Position numbers and translations under genes: made by a program. 64,000 nucleotides of DNA, taken from the NCBI GenBank assembly GCA_050186725.1, contig JBFWYG010000018.1, forward strand, positions 1,284-65,283, in the 5' to 3' direction. The stretch comes from Gammaproteobacteria bacterium. GTDB taxonomy: Bacteria > Pseudomonadota > Gammaproteobacteria > Ga0077536. Below are positions 19,008 through 28,271 of this stretch, one piece after another. The notes under the pieces were generated by a model. That model was not told the origin of the DNA, did not search any database, and saw nothing but the letters and a program-made list of their open reading frames with translations. Position 1 is the first letter of the stretch; every line of letters begins with the position of its first letter.

Positions 19008-20372
19008 TCACACCCCCGCCTTGCCGAATTCCGCGCCCGTGGCGTCGCCTGCCGGGCGCTGCGCGGGATGTTCGGCCATGTACTTGAGTACGCCCACGTA
19101 GGCGACGAGCAGCAGCGCATAGACCACGAGATAGGCCGTGAGCGTGAAGCCCACGTAGCGTGCGGGCAGGGTGGTCACCACCTCGGCGACGCGCACCTGG
19201 CCATAGACGATGAAGGGCTGGCGGCCAATCTCGGTCACGTACCAGCCGGCGAGCGTCGCGAGCCAGCCGGAGAAACTCATGCCGGCGAGCAGCCACAGCA
19301 GGGGCTGCGGCAGGGCGAGGCGCGCGTTACCACGCTGACGCCATGCCTGCCAGGCGCCGAGCGCGGCCACCAGCAGCATCAGGCTGCCCACGCCCACCAT
19401 CACGCGAAACGCGAAGAACACGGGCGCCACCGGTGGATGGGCGTTGGGGAAGTCGGCGATGCCGGCCAGTTCACCGTCCGCATCGTGGGTCAGGATGAGG
19501 CTCGCGAGGCGCGGGATCTCGAGCGCGTAGCGCGTGCTGCCGGTCGCTTCGTCGGGCAGGCCGAAGAGCGTCAACGGTGCGCCGCGCTGGCGCTCCCAGA
19601 TGCCTTCGATGGCGGCGATCTTCGCCGGCTGGTGCTCGAGCGTGTTCAAGCCGTGCAGGTCACCGACGAACACCTGCAGAGGGGCGGCCACCGCCACCAC
19701 CGCGAGCGCGGCCCGCAGTGCGTGGTGGGTACCGATGGTGTCCACGCGCTTCAGCATCTGCCAGGCACAGAGCCCCAGGATCAGGAAGGAGGCGGTCAGG
19801 AAGGAAGCCAGCAGCACGTGGGCGAAGCGGTAGGGAAAGGAGGGGTTGAACACGATCGCGAACCAGTCGACCGGCAGAAGACGCCCATCGACCACTTCGT
19901 ATCCGGCCGGGGTCTGCATCCAGGAATTCAGGCTCAGGATCCAGAAGGCGGAGAGCGTGGTGCCGGCGGCGACGAAGAAGGTCGCGGCGAGATGCATGGC
20001 GGGCGGCACGCGCTCGCGGCCGAACAGCATGATGCCGAGGAAGCTCGCCTCGAGAAAGAACGCGGTCAGCACTTCGTAGCCGAGCAGGGGCCCGGCGATG
20101 TCGCCCGCGCGCTGCATGAAGCCCGGCCAGTTGGTCCCGAACTGGAAGCTCATGACGATGCCGGACACCACGCCGAGCGCGAAGCTCAATGCGAACACCT
20201 TGGTCCAGAAGTAGCAGGTCTGTTCCCAGGCCGGCGCGCGGGTCTGCACGTGGCGCAGGCGGAAATACAGCAGGTACCAGCCGAGCGCGATGGTGATGGT
20301 CGGGAACAGGATGTGAAAGCTGATGTTCGCCGCGAACTGCAGGCGCGACAGCAACAGGACGTCGGCGCTCAT
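19008..20372 (-). CDS. cydA: Cytochrome bd ubiquinol oxidase subunit I
   Basis: LSRLQFA...FHILFP, FQFGTNW, YEVLTAFFLEASF, NSWMQTP, QPAKIAAIEG, EIGRQP. Confidence 0.96.
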   Translation of the reverse strand: MSADVLLLSRLQFAANISFHILFPTITIALGWYLLYFRLRHVQTRAPAWEQTCYFWTKVFALSFALGVVSGIVMSFQFGTNWPGFMQRAGDIAGPLLGYEVLTAFFLEASFLGIMLFGRERVPPAMHLAATFFVAAGTTLSAFWILSLNSWMQTPAGYEVVDGRLLPVDWFAIVFNPSFPYRFAHVLLASFLTASFLILGLCAWQMLKRVDTIGTHHALRAALAVVAVAAPLQVFVGDLHGLNTLEHQPAKIAAIEGIWERQRGAPLTLFGLPDEATGSTRYALEIPRLASLILTHDADGELAGIADFPNAHPPVAPVFFAFRVMVGVGSLMLLVAALGAWQAWRQRGNARLALPQPLLWLLAGMSFSGWLATLAGWYVTEIGRQPFIVYGQVRVAEVVTTLPARYVGFTLTAYLVVYALLLVAYVGVLKYMAEHPAQRPAGDATGAEFGKAGV

Positions 20373-20388
20373 GCTCGGGCTCCCACGC

Positions 20389-20973
20389 TCAGGTCGCGGG
20401 GCGCTTGCCGGCCTTCGCGCGCGCGCCGCCGACCCGTTCCTTGAAGTCCAGCGCGCGTGACACGAGCGTGCCCATGCCCATCAGCTTGCGCGCCGTGTCG
20501 GGCGAGAGCTTCTGCATCTCGTCGAACCAGCCGAGCAGCAGGCTGATGAGGTCGTACATCGCGCGCATGCGGTCGAGCGCGTAGCGCTCCTGGTCGCTGC
20601 CAGGTGCGCCCTGCAGCGCGCCGCGCAACATGCTGAGCGTCGGTTCGACCTCGCGCCGACGCCGCTCCTCGGCCAGCACGCGAAAGATCTCCCACACGTC
20701 CTCCGGCGCCTCGAAGAACTCGCGGCGCTCACCGGCCTGGTGGCGCAGCCGCACCAGCCGCCAGGCCTGCAACTCCTTCAGCCCCATGCTGACGTTGGAG
20801 CGCGAGAAGCCCAGGGCAAGAACGATGTCCTCCGCGCTGAGCGCGCGCGGCGACAGGTAGAGCAGGGCGTAGATCTGGCCGACGGTGCGGTTGATGCCCC
20901 AGCGGCTGCCCATCTCGCCGAAGTGGGCGATGAATTCCCGGCTGACCGCGGGCAGGGTGTCGATGTCGCTCAT
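20389..20973 (-). CDS. GbsR/MarR-family transcriptional regulator heading cydAB
   Basis: FIAHFGEMGSRWGINRTVGQIYALL, SRSNVSMGLKEL, RRRREVEPTL. Confidence 0.92.
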   Translation of the reverse strand: MSDIDTLPAVSREFIAHFGEMGSRWGINRTVGQIYALLYLSPRALSAEDIVLALGFSRSNVSMGLKELQAWRLVRLRHQAGERREFFEAPEDVWEIFRVLAEERRRREVEPTLSMLRGALQGAPGSDQERYALDRMRAMYDLISLLLGWFDEMQKLSPDTARKLMGMGTLVSRALDFKERVGGARAKAGKRPAT

Positions 20974-20980
20974 GGCGCGC

Positions 20981-21023
20981 AGTATAGCGGCCTATTCCCG
21001 TAATTTCAGAAATTCCTGAAATT
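20981..21023 (-). promoter_or_regulatory. Sigma-70-type promoter with an overlapping palindromic operator
   Basis: -10 TATACT (20981-20986) 7 nt before the ATG; CTGAAA at 17-bp spacing; perfect inverted repeat AATTTCAG-N6-CTGAAATT at 21002-21023. Confidence 0.75.
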
Positions 21024-21138
21024 TCACAAACGAACGGCCGCAGACCAAGGGCTGCGGGGCGTCGGGCTAAAGGCTAGAACGCGGCCGCCGCTACCCCTGC
21101 ACGCCTCATCCCGGGCGCGCGCTCACGGAGCCATCTGC

Positions 21139-21531
21139 ATGAACACGACGCTGTCCCTGACCTTCGCCGACCCTGCCCTGGCCGAGCACCTGCCCGAACT
21201 CGACGCCGCGGAGCTCGACGAGCTCGAATTCGGCGTAATCGGCTTCGACGAGGCCGGCGTGGTGCGCCTATACAACGCGACCGAATCGAAATACGCCGGC
21301 CTGTCGCCGTCGCGCGTGCTGGACCACCCGCTGTTCACCATCGTCGCGCCGTGCATGAACAACTACCTGGTCGCGCAGCGCTTCGAGGACGCGGCCGCGG
21401 CGGCCGAGCCCCTCGATGCGACCATCGACTACGTGCTGACGCTGCGCATGCGTCCGGTGAAGGTCAAGCTGCGCCTGCTGGCCGTGCCGGGGGCGGCTCT
21501 GCGTTACGTGCTGGTGCAGCGTCAGCACTGA
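21139..21531 (+). CDS. Photoactive yellow protein (PYP)-like single PAS protein
   Basis: LDELEFGVIGFD..G.V..YNATE...G..P..V....F..VAPC; residues equivalent to PYP Tyr42, Glu46 and Cys69 are present. Confidence 0.85.
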   Translation: MNTTLSLTFADPALAEHLPELDAAELDELEFGVIGFDEAGVVRLYNATESKYAGLSPSRVLDHPLFTIVAPCMNNYLVAQRFEDAAAAAEPLDATIDYVLTLRMRPVKVKLRLLAVPGAALRYVLVQRQH

Positions 21532-21541
21532 GGTCGCCGTC

Positions 21542-22867
21542 ATGAGCGCGATGCTCGAGATCCCTGCCGCCGACCTGGCGCGGGAGCACGAGGCGCTGCT
21601 GCAGTTCCTCTATCTCGCCCCGGTGGGGCTGGTGCAGATGCGGTCGGACGGCGAGATCTTGATGATCAACCCGCTGTCGGCCCAACTCCTGATGCCGCTG
21701 TCGCGGGACGGCGCGCTGACCAACCTGTTCGTCGCACTGGAAGACGTCGCGCCCGATCTGCGCCACCAGGTGCAGCAGTTCGACGCGCCCTGGGGCGCGG
21801 TATGCGACGGCCTGCGCCTGCAGCTCCGGCCCACGACGCGCGATGCCCGCGAGCCACAGTTCCTGTCCTTGAGCCTGCTCAAGCTCGACGAGACGCTCCT
21901 GATGGCGGTCATCACCGACATCAGCGAACAGGTGCGGCGCGAGCGCCTGCTGCGTCAGCACGAGGCGTGGATGAACGCCATCTTCTGCGGCATCAGCGAC
22001 TATGCCTTGCTGAGCCTGGACCGCCAGGGACGCATCTGGGACTGGAACGCGAGCATCGCGCGCGTCACCGGCCATGGGGCCGACGCGGTACGCGGCCGGT
22101 GCTACTCGCTGTTCTCGCCCGCGGAAACCTCCACACCTGAGCGCGTGCTCGATCGCCTGCGTGAAGCCGACGCCAACGGCTGGAGCCTGGACGAGGGCTG
22201 GCGCCTGCGCGCCGACGGCAGCCGCTTCTGGGGCAGCATGCTGATCGCGCCGCTCTACGACCGCAAGGGCGGCGCGGGCGAAGAGCTCGCGCTGGCAAGC
22301 GATCCCGCCTACTGCCTGGTGCTGCGCGACATCAGCGAACGCCGCGAGGCGAGCGAGCGGGAGCGGCGCGCGGTGGCGAGCGACCACCTGACGGGGCTCG
22401 CCAACCGTCGCGCCTTCTTCGAGGCGGCGGAACTCGAACTAGAGCGCTGGCGCCGCGCGCCGCGTCCGCTGTCACTCGTGCTGTTCGATGCCGATTGCTT
22501 CAAGCAGATCAACGACACCCACGGCCACGCCGCGGGCGATGCCGTGCTGCGCGACCTCGCCGAGTGCCTGCTGGATGCGGTGCGCCCGGTCGACCTGGTG
22601 GCGCGGATCGGCGGCGAGGAGTTCGCCATTTTGCTGCCTTCCACCTCGCTTGCCGTCGCCGAAGCGGTCGCCAACCGCGTGCGCGAGGCCGCACAGCGGC
22701 GGGAAGTGCCGGTCGAGGGCTGCACGCTGCGCTACACCTTGAGCGGCGGCGTGGCGGAGTTCGAGCCGTCGGCCGCGACCCTCGATGTGTGGCTGAAGCG
22801 CGCTGACGCGGCGCTCTACCGGGCCAAGGCCGCGGGTCGCAATCGCATCGAGCGCTGGCAGCCATGA
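21542..22867 (+). CDS. PAS-PAS-GGDEF diguanylate cyclase
   Basis: PAS with WN and R.RADGSRFW; DHLTGLANRR, DADCFKQINDTHGHAAGD, RxxD I-site (RPVD), GGEEF. Confidence 0.93.
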   Translation: MSAMLEIPAADLAREHEALLQFLYLAPVGLVQMRSDGEILMINPLSAQLLMPLSRDGALTNLFVALEDVAPDLRHQVQQFDAPWGAVCDGLRLQLRPTTRDAREPQFLSLSLLKLDETLLMAVITDISEQVRRERLLRQHEAWMNAIFCGISDYALLSLDRQGRIWDWNASIARVTGHGADAVRGRCYSLFSPAETSTPERVLDRLREADANGWSLDEGWRLRADGSRFWGSMLIAPLYDRKGGAGEELALASDPAYCLVLRDISERREASERERRAVASDHLTGLANRRAFFEAAELELERWRRAPRPLSLVLFDADCFKQINDTHGHAAGDAVLRDLAECLLDAVRPVDLVARIGGEEFAILLPSTSLAVAEAVANRVREAAQRREVPVEGCTLRYTLSGGVAEFEPSAATLDVWLKRADAALYRAKAAGRNRIERWQP

Positions 22868-24657
22868 TGCCCGGCCCGCAGGACAGCGCGCCGAGCATCT
22901 CGGCGGACGCCTACGAGGCGTTGATGCAGTTCCTCTACCGCGCGCCCATCGGGCTGGTGCAGACCGACGGCGCCGGCGCGGTCGAGATGCTGAACCCGAT
23001 GTCGGCGAATCTGCTCATGCCGCTCTCGCCGGATGGCACGCTGGACAACCTGTTCGACGTGCTGGACGGCGTGGCGCCGGGCCTGCGCGCCTTGTGCGCC
23101 GAAACCCATGTGGACGGCGTGATTTGCGAGAACCTGCGCTTCGTGCTGCCGCCGGCGCTGCCCGGCGCCGAGTCCCAGGTGCTGTCGCTGAGCCTGCTGC
23201 GCCTCGACGCGCAGCGCCTGATGGCCGTACTGACCGACGTCACCCAGGAAGTGGAGCGCGAGCAGGCGACGCTCGCGCGCCGCGTGCGCGACGCCACCCA
23301 CACCGACGGGCTGACCCGCATGCCGAATCGGCTCGCGATCCTCGAACAGCTCGCGCGCCTGCTCGAGCTGCGTGCGCAGGACGCGGGGCGCGAGTTCGCG
23401 GTGCTGTTCCTGAACTGCGATCGCTTCAAGCAGGTGAACGACGCCTTCGGTCCTGGCGCGGGTGATGCCGTCCTCTCGATGATTGGTGAACGTCTGCGCG
23501 CGGCGCTGCGCCAGGGCGACAGCGTGGGCCGCGGTGAAGGCGAGGCGAGCATGGCAGGCCGCATCGGCGGCGACGAGTTCGTGGTGCTGGTCGAGAACCT
23601 GCGCCGCGGGAGCGACGTGCATGCCATCACCAACCGCCTGATCGGCGCGCTCGCGCCCGAGTACGACGTGGATGGTCACGCCGTGCGCTGCGGGGTGAGC
23701 ATGGGCGTCGTGCTCGGCAGCGCGGCGCGCACCGAGGCCGACGGCGTGCTGGCCGACGCCAGCATCGCCACGGAGGAGGCCAAGCGCGCCGGTGGCATGC
23801 GCGCGGTGCTGTTCGAGCCGGCCATGCGTGAACGCGCGGCGCGACGTGGCGGACTGGAGGCCGAACTGCGCCGGGCGCTGGCCGAGGGCCAGTTCTTCGT
23901 GGTCTACCAGCCGGTCATCGCGCTGGCCGAGCAGGGCTCGGACCACGCGCTGGCCGGCGTGGAAGCGCTGGTGCGCTGGCAGCACCCCGAGCGCGGGCTG
24001 GTGCCGCCGCTGGAATTCATCGAGGTGGCGGAGTCCTGCGGGCTGATCGGCGAACTCGGCTTCCAGGTCCTGGAAGCCGCCTGCCGCCAGTTCCTGCGCT
24101 GGCGTGAACAGTTCGGGCCACGGGCGCCGCGGCGCCTGGCGGTCAACCTGTCGCGCGCGCAGCTCGCGGAAACGGACTTCGTGCCGCGCGTCGCCGCGCT
24201 GCTGGCGGCGCTTGGCATGGCACCGCCGGATCTGCAGTTCGAGGTCACCGAGAGCCTGGCGGCCCAGGACAGCAGCGTGCAGGCGGTGCTGAAGGCGCTG
24301 AAGGCCCTGGGCCTCACGCTCGCGCTGGATGACTTCGGCACCGGCTACTCGTCACTGGCGAGTCTGCATCTGCTGCCGGTGGACACGGTCAAGATCGATC
24401 GCTCCTTCGTCTGTCACGCCGATCACAGTCAGCACCACCGCGTGCTGATCGACGCCACCGTGCGCGTCGCCGCGAGCCTCGGCATGGACACCGTGGCCGA
24501 GGGTATCGAGACCGTCGCGCAGGCCGCGGTGGTGCGCGAACTCGGCTGCGACAAGGGCCAGGGCTACCTGTTCAGCAAGCCGCTGCGCGGGGCGGAACTG
24601 GTGGAGTGGTTGAACGAGGAGCGCGGCCTGCGTGAGGGGAGTGCGGTGGCGGCGTGA
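22864..24657 (+). CDS. PAS-like-GGDEF-EAL c-di-GMP enzyme (probably a phosphodiesterase)
   Basis: GGDEF; YQP, EALVRW, DDFGTGYSSL, KIDRSF, AEGIE, QGYL. Confidence 0.93.
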   Translation: MMPGPQDSAPSISADAYEALMQFLYRAPIGLVQTDGAGAVEMLNPMSANLLMPLSPDGTLDNLFDVLDGVAPGLRALCAETHVDGVICENLRFVLPPALPGAESQVLSLSLLRLDAQRLMAVLTDVTQEVEREQATLARRVRDATHTDGLTRMPNRLAILEQLARLLELRAQDAGREFAVLFLNCDRFKQVNDAFGPGAGDAVLSMIGERLRAALRQGDSVGRGEGEASMAGRIGGDEFVVLVENLRRGSDVHAITNRLIGALAPEYDVDGHAVRCGVSMGVVLGSAARTEADGVLADASIATEEAKRAGGMRAVLFEPAMRERAARRGGLEAELRRALAEGQFFVVYQPVIALAEQGSDHALAGVEALVRWQHPERGLVPPLEFIEVAESCGLIGELGFQVLEAACRQFLRWREQFGPRAPRRLAVNLSRAQLAETDFVPRVAALLAALGMAPPDLQFEVTESLAAQDSSVQAVLKALKALGLTLALDDFGTGYSSLASLHLLPVDTVKIDRSFVCHADHSQHHRVLIDATVRVAASLGMDTVAEGIETVAQAAVVRELGCDKGQGYLFSKPLRGAELVEWLNEERGLREGSAVAA

Positions 24658-24845
24658 GTATGCTTGGGGTTGGCTTCGGCTAGATGCCCTGGGAGGGAAT
24701 GTCGCACTGAAGTGCGACCTACAGGCGACCTGCACGCGACCCTTCTGTCGGCGGGACGCCTACATGACGTGTGGCTGGCCAGGCGCGGGTGTTCGATGCG
24801 ATAGTCGAGGGCCCCGCCCTGGAGCTGTCGCCCTTGTCTTCAATC

Positions 24846-25841
24846 ATGCGCCGCCCCGCGCGCCTGACCTTCGCTCTCCCGCTCACCACCGTGCTCGGCT
24901 GCAGTGCGCCGCTCATCGACAGCGGCGCGCTGCCGGCACCGGTCAGCGGTGAGACCTTCACCCTGGAGAGCATTGCGGGGCCGCTTGCCTGTTACGTCGA
25001 CGGACAGGCGAGCGCGAACCATGGACCGCTGCTGCTCGTGCACAGCGTCAATGCCGCCGGCTCAGCCTACGAGGTCAAGCCGCTCTACGACCACTACCGT
25101 GGATCGCGACGCGTGTACGCGCTCGAACTGCCCGGCTACGGCCATTCGGATCGCAGCGATCGGGTCTATACGCTGCGCATGATGACCGACGCAGTGCTCG
25201 CGGCGACGGACGAGATCCGCCGACGCGAGAACGTCGATGCGATCGACGCGTTGGCGGTGTCCCTGTCGAGCGAATTCCTCGCGCGCGCGGCCAGCGAACG
25301 GCCGGCGGCGTATCGCACGCTCGCGCTGGTGAGCCCCACGGGCTTCGATGGTCGCGGTCCCTATCGAGGTCCGGCGGGAAGTTCGCGTGGCAAAGCCTGG
25401 TTGTATCGGCTGTTCACCATGCCATTGTGGCGACGCGGGCTGTTCGATGTGCTCACGAGCCGCGCCAGCATCCGCTTCTTTCTGGAGAAGACCTGGGGCG
25501 GCACGCATATCGACGAGGGCGTGTTCGAGTACGCGCGCCTGACGACGCGCCATCCCGGCGCGCACCACGTGCCCTACTACTTCATCTCCGGTTACCTGTT
25601 CGGCGCCGACATCACCTCGGTGTACGAGTCCCTGCGGCAGCCGGTGTGGATGTCCCACGGCGTACGGGGCGACTTCGTCGATTATCGCTACAAGGACGCC
25701 CTGGCCAACCGTTCCAACTGGCACTTCACGGTGTTCGACTCGGGCGCCTTGCCGCACTTCGAACACCCGCGCGAATTCACGGCCGCCTACGACGCCTTCC
25801 TCGACGCGGTGGGCCGCGCCGACGGGCACCCGGCGCCCTGA
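24846..25841 (+). CDS. Alpha/beta hydrolase fold protein, possibly a lipoprotein
   Basis: LLLVHS.NA, ELPGYGHSDR, AVSLS nucleophile elbow, LPHFEHP; N-terminal VLGC lipobox-like motif; start uncertain. Confidence 0.8.
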   Translation: MRRPARLTFALPLTTVLGCSAPLIDSGALPAPVSGETFTLESIAGPLACYVDGQASANHGPLLLVHSVNAAGSAYEVKPLYDHYRGSRRVYALELPGYGHSDRSDRVYTLRMMTDAVLAATDEIRRRENVDAIDALAVSLSSEFLARAASERPAAYRTLALVSPTGFDGRGPYRGPAGSSRGKAWLYRLFTMPLWRRGLFDVLTSRASIRFFLEKTWGGTHIDEGVFEYARLTTRHPGAHHVPYYFISGYLFGADITSVYESLRQPVWMSHGVRGDFVDYRYKDALANRSNWHFTVFDSGALPHFEHPREFTAAYDAFLDAVGRADGHPAP

Positions 25842-25870
25842 CTGGCGCGCGGCTCGCGATACGGCTCGCC

Positions 25871-26305
25871 TCAGGCGAGCACGTCGCGCACCTGGTCTTC
25901 GACGATCAGGGTGTACATGAACTGCTCGAGCTCCGGCCCCATGGCGTCGCGCGACGAGACGATGCCGATGGGCCGGCCGTTGTCGACCACCGGCACGTGC
26001 CGGAAGCGTCCGGCGTGCATCAGCTCCAACGCGCGGGCGAAGGGCTTGTCGGCGTCGATGGTGGTGGGGTTGGCGGTCATCACTTCGCCGACCGGCGTGG
26101 TCTGCGGATCGCGGCCCTCGGCCACCACGCGGAACAGCGCGTCGCGCTCGGTGAAGATGCCTGCCAGGCGCTCGCCGTCCACCACCACGATGGCGCCCAC
26201 CTTGTGGGTACGCATCAGGCGCGCGGCATCCGCCACCGGCAGGCTGGCCGGCGTGCTCAACAGATCTTGCCCCTCGATGATCGAACGAATGGTGCGGATG
26301 CTCAT
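25871..26305 (-). CDS. CBS-domain protein
   Basis: GIFTERD, VMTANP, FRHVPVVD, GIVSSRD; SD GGGAG. Confidence 0.9.
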   Translation of the reverse strand: MSIRTIRSIIEGQDLLSTPASLPVADAARLMRTHKVGAIVVVDGERLAGIFTERDALFRVVAEGRDPQTTPVGEVMTANPTTIDADKPFARALELMHAGRFRHVPVVDNGRPIGIVSSRDAMGPELEQFMYTLIVEDQVRDVLA

Positions 26306-26461
26306 GATCTTGACTCCCTGGATGACCCTTGTTCGGTCGGATGATAGCCTCGCGCGCGAGTCGATGTGAGTACCCTGTCGGTGGGCGGCGCTGGGCGCTG
26401 GAAAACCGTTTTTACGCCCAACCCGACCGTGACGGATCACATGGATACGCCGCCCAGCGAC

Positions 26462-27103
26462 TCAGAACGCGCGGCGAAAGCTCAGGTTGTAGCGCACTGC
26501 GCCAGCCGCCGGGTGGTGCCCGGCCCCCGGCGCCTCGACTCCATGGAATCGCAACCGATCCTCGCCACCCCACACCACCACGTCGCCATGGTTCACGGGC
26601 ACGCGTCGCACCCGCGCGTTGCGCACGGCGCCGCCCCAGAGGAAATCCGCGGTGAGGCCCAGGGACACCGAGACTATCGGCTGATCGAGCGGCAATTCGT
26701 CGCGATCCTGGTGCAGCGATAGCCGGGCATCGGATTCGTAGCGGTTCATCAGGCAGGCGTCAGGTTCGAAACCGTCGAACCCGGCGGCGGCCGCGGCGGT
26801 CCGCGCGAGTTCCAGGAATGTCGCCGGCATCGAGGGCCAGGCCAGACCGCTGTCCGGATCGGTCGCGACGTAGCGATAGCCGCGACGATCGCTTACCCAG
26901 CCGAGCGCGCCGCAGTTGGTCATCGCCGCGGACATGCGGCGATTGCCGGGTGTCAGCATGTGTCGGAACGGGGCCGCGACCGCGACCGCGTGCAGTGCTT
27001 GCAGCAGATCATCCGCCATCGGCAACGCGAAGCCGCAGAGCAGCGCGGCGTGGGCGCCGAGGGACACGGGCGCGGACGTGGGCGTGAAGAGTGGCAGGGT
27101 CAT
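26462..27103 (-). CDS. alkB: DNA oxidative demethylase AlkB
   Basis: MTNCGALGWVSD..GYRY, PDACL.NRY, SLHQDRDE, VSVSLG, RLRFHG, RYNLSFR. Confidence 0.95.
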   Translation of the reverse strand: MTLPLFTPTSAPVSLGAHAALLCGFALPMADDLLQALHAVAVAAPFRHMLTPGNRRMSAAMTNCGALGWVSDRRGYRYVATDPDSGLAWPSMPATFLELARTAAAAAGFDGFEPDACLMNRYESDARLSLHQDRDELPLDQPIVSVSLGLTADFLWGGAVRNARVRRVPVNHGDVVVWGGEDRLRFHGVEAPGAGHHPAAGAVRYNLSFRRAF

Positions 27104-27169
27104 GCGGTGCATTGTGGCATGGCGGGTGCGTCGCTGTTCCCCGATGCCATCGCCGACTCAGGCGAGCGC

Positions 27170-27736
27170 TCACGAGGCGACCACCGCGGCGCTTGCTGGT
27201 GCTGCCGGCGCGGCACAGACGATGCCGAGTACGATGCCGACCAGCCAGCGCCCACCACCTTCCATGAACAGCAGCAAGTGCTCCAGCGGCAGGGCGCTGA
27301 AGGTATCGCCATCGCCTGCGCTGGCGGCGAGCAGGCTCGCGACTCGTCCGGCCAGCAGCGGCGGGGTCGTGAGCGACAAGACCAGTGCTGCCCCAATGCC
27401 GAGCAACAGCAGACGCGGTCGTCCGGCATTGGTCACAAGTCGCGCGATCGCCACCCACAAGAACAGCGCGAGCGGTAGCAACACGTGGGCGACGTGCGTG
27501 GCGCCACCGTCGAAATCAGCGCCCGGCGGCAGCGTGCGGCCGGAGGCGATGCGCAGCGGTGTGCGCAGCACGCAGCGCATCGTGACCATCGGTTGACCGG
27601 CCACCTGCCTGATGCGCAACACCGGGTAGTAGTCAGATTGCAGCGCGCCGACGGCAATCTCCAGTGCCGGCAGCGAGATCTGCAGCAGTGGGCGAGCGAG
27701 AAAATACACGGCCGGCGTTACCATAAGCCACAGCAC
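27170..27736 (-). CDS. Exosortase-associated membrane protein
   Basis: Several TM segments and FMEGGGRW; lies directly downstream of the exosortase; start uncertain. Confidence 0.65.
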   Translation of the reverse strand: MLWLMVTPAVYFLARPLLQISLPALEIAVGALQSDYYPVLRIRQVAGQPMVTMRCVLRTPLRIASGRTLPPGADFDGGATHVAHVLLPLALFLWVAIARLVTNAGRPRLLLLGIGAALVLSLTTPPLLAGRVASLLAASAGDGDTFSALPLEHLLLFMEGGGRWLVGIVLGIVCAAPAAPASAAVVAS

Positions 27737-27755
27737 GAAGACGCGCCCGACAAGC

Positions 27756-28271
27756 TCAACTCTGCTCGGGATCGACGTGATCCTCCGCGGGTGACCAGCG
27801 GTTCAACCACCAGGCAAAGTAGGCCGCGCAGGCCAGAATCTCCAACATCGGAATGAAATAGACGTGCAAGGGCACGAACAGGGTGTGGTGATGGGCGGCA
27901 ATGAAATATAGACCGACGATGCGCAGTTCATTGAGCGCGAACACCATCACCCCGCCGCCAAGCGCGCCAGCCAGCTTTCTGCCCGGTGACGCATCAACCG
28001 CGACGATCGCAGCGACCAGCAGGAACAGCAGCCCGGCGCCATCACAACCGCGCACGATCTCGAGCACGGCGTGGGCCGAGCGAAGCTGATTATCGATCAC
28101 CTGCACTGCTTCACCAGGTGCGAGCCAGGCCACAATCACCGCGGCCGGCTGCACGATGGCGTAGCGATACGCGACTTCCACCAGGAAGGACGTGGGCACC
28201 TGCAGATAGGCGACGTGCAGGACGAGGTAGGCGGCGCCAAATACAGGAACGAAACCACGTGAGGACTTCAT
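27756..28271 (-). CDS. Exosortase-family transpeptidase (short XrtM/XrtH-like type)
   Basis: Cys-Arg-His triad motifs IVRGCDG, NELRI and LHVY in a multi-TM protein; ATG overlaps the upstream stop. Confidence 0.85.
   Translation of the reverse strand: MKSSRGFVPVFGAAYLVLHVAYLQVPTSFLVEVAYRYAIVQPAAVIVAWLAPGEAVQVIDNQLRSAHAVLEIVRGCDGAGLLFLLVAAIVAVDASPGRKLAGALGGGVMVFALNELRIVGLYFIAAHHHTLFVPLHVYFIPMLEILACAAYFAWWLNRWSPAEDHVDPEQS

Noticed and set aside
27115-27130. Sigma-54-like TGGCATG-GCGG-GTGCG on the plus strand
   Set aside because: It points into the 3' end of a minus-strand gene and has no plus-strand target.
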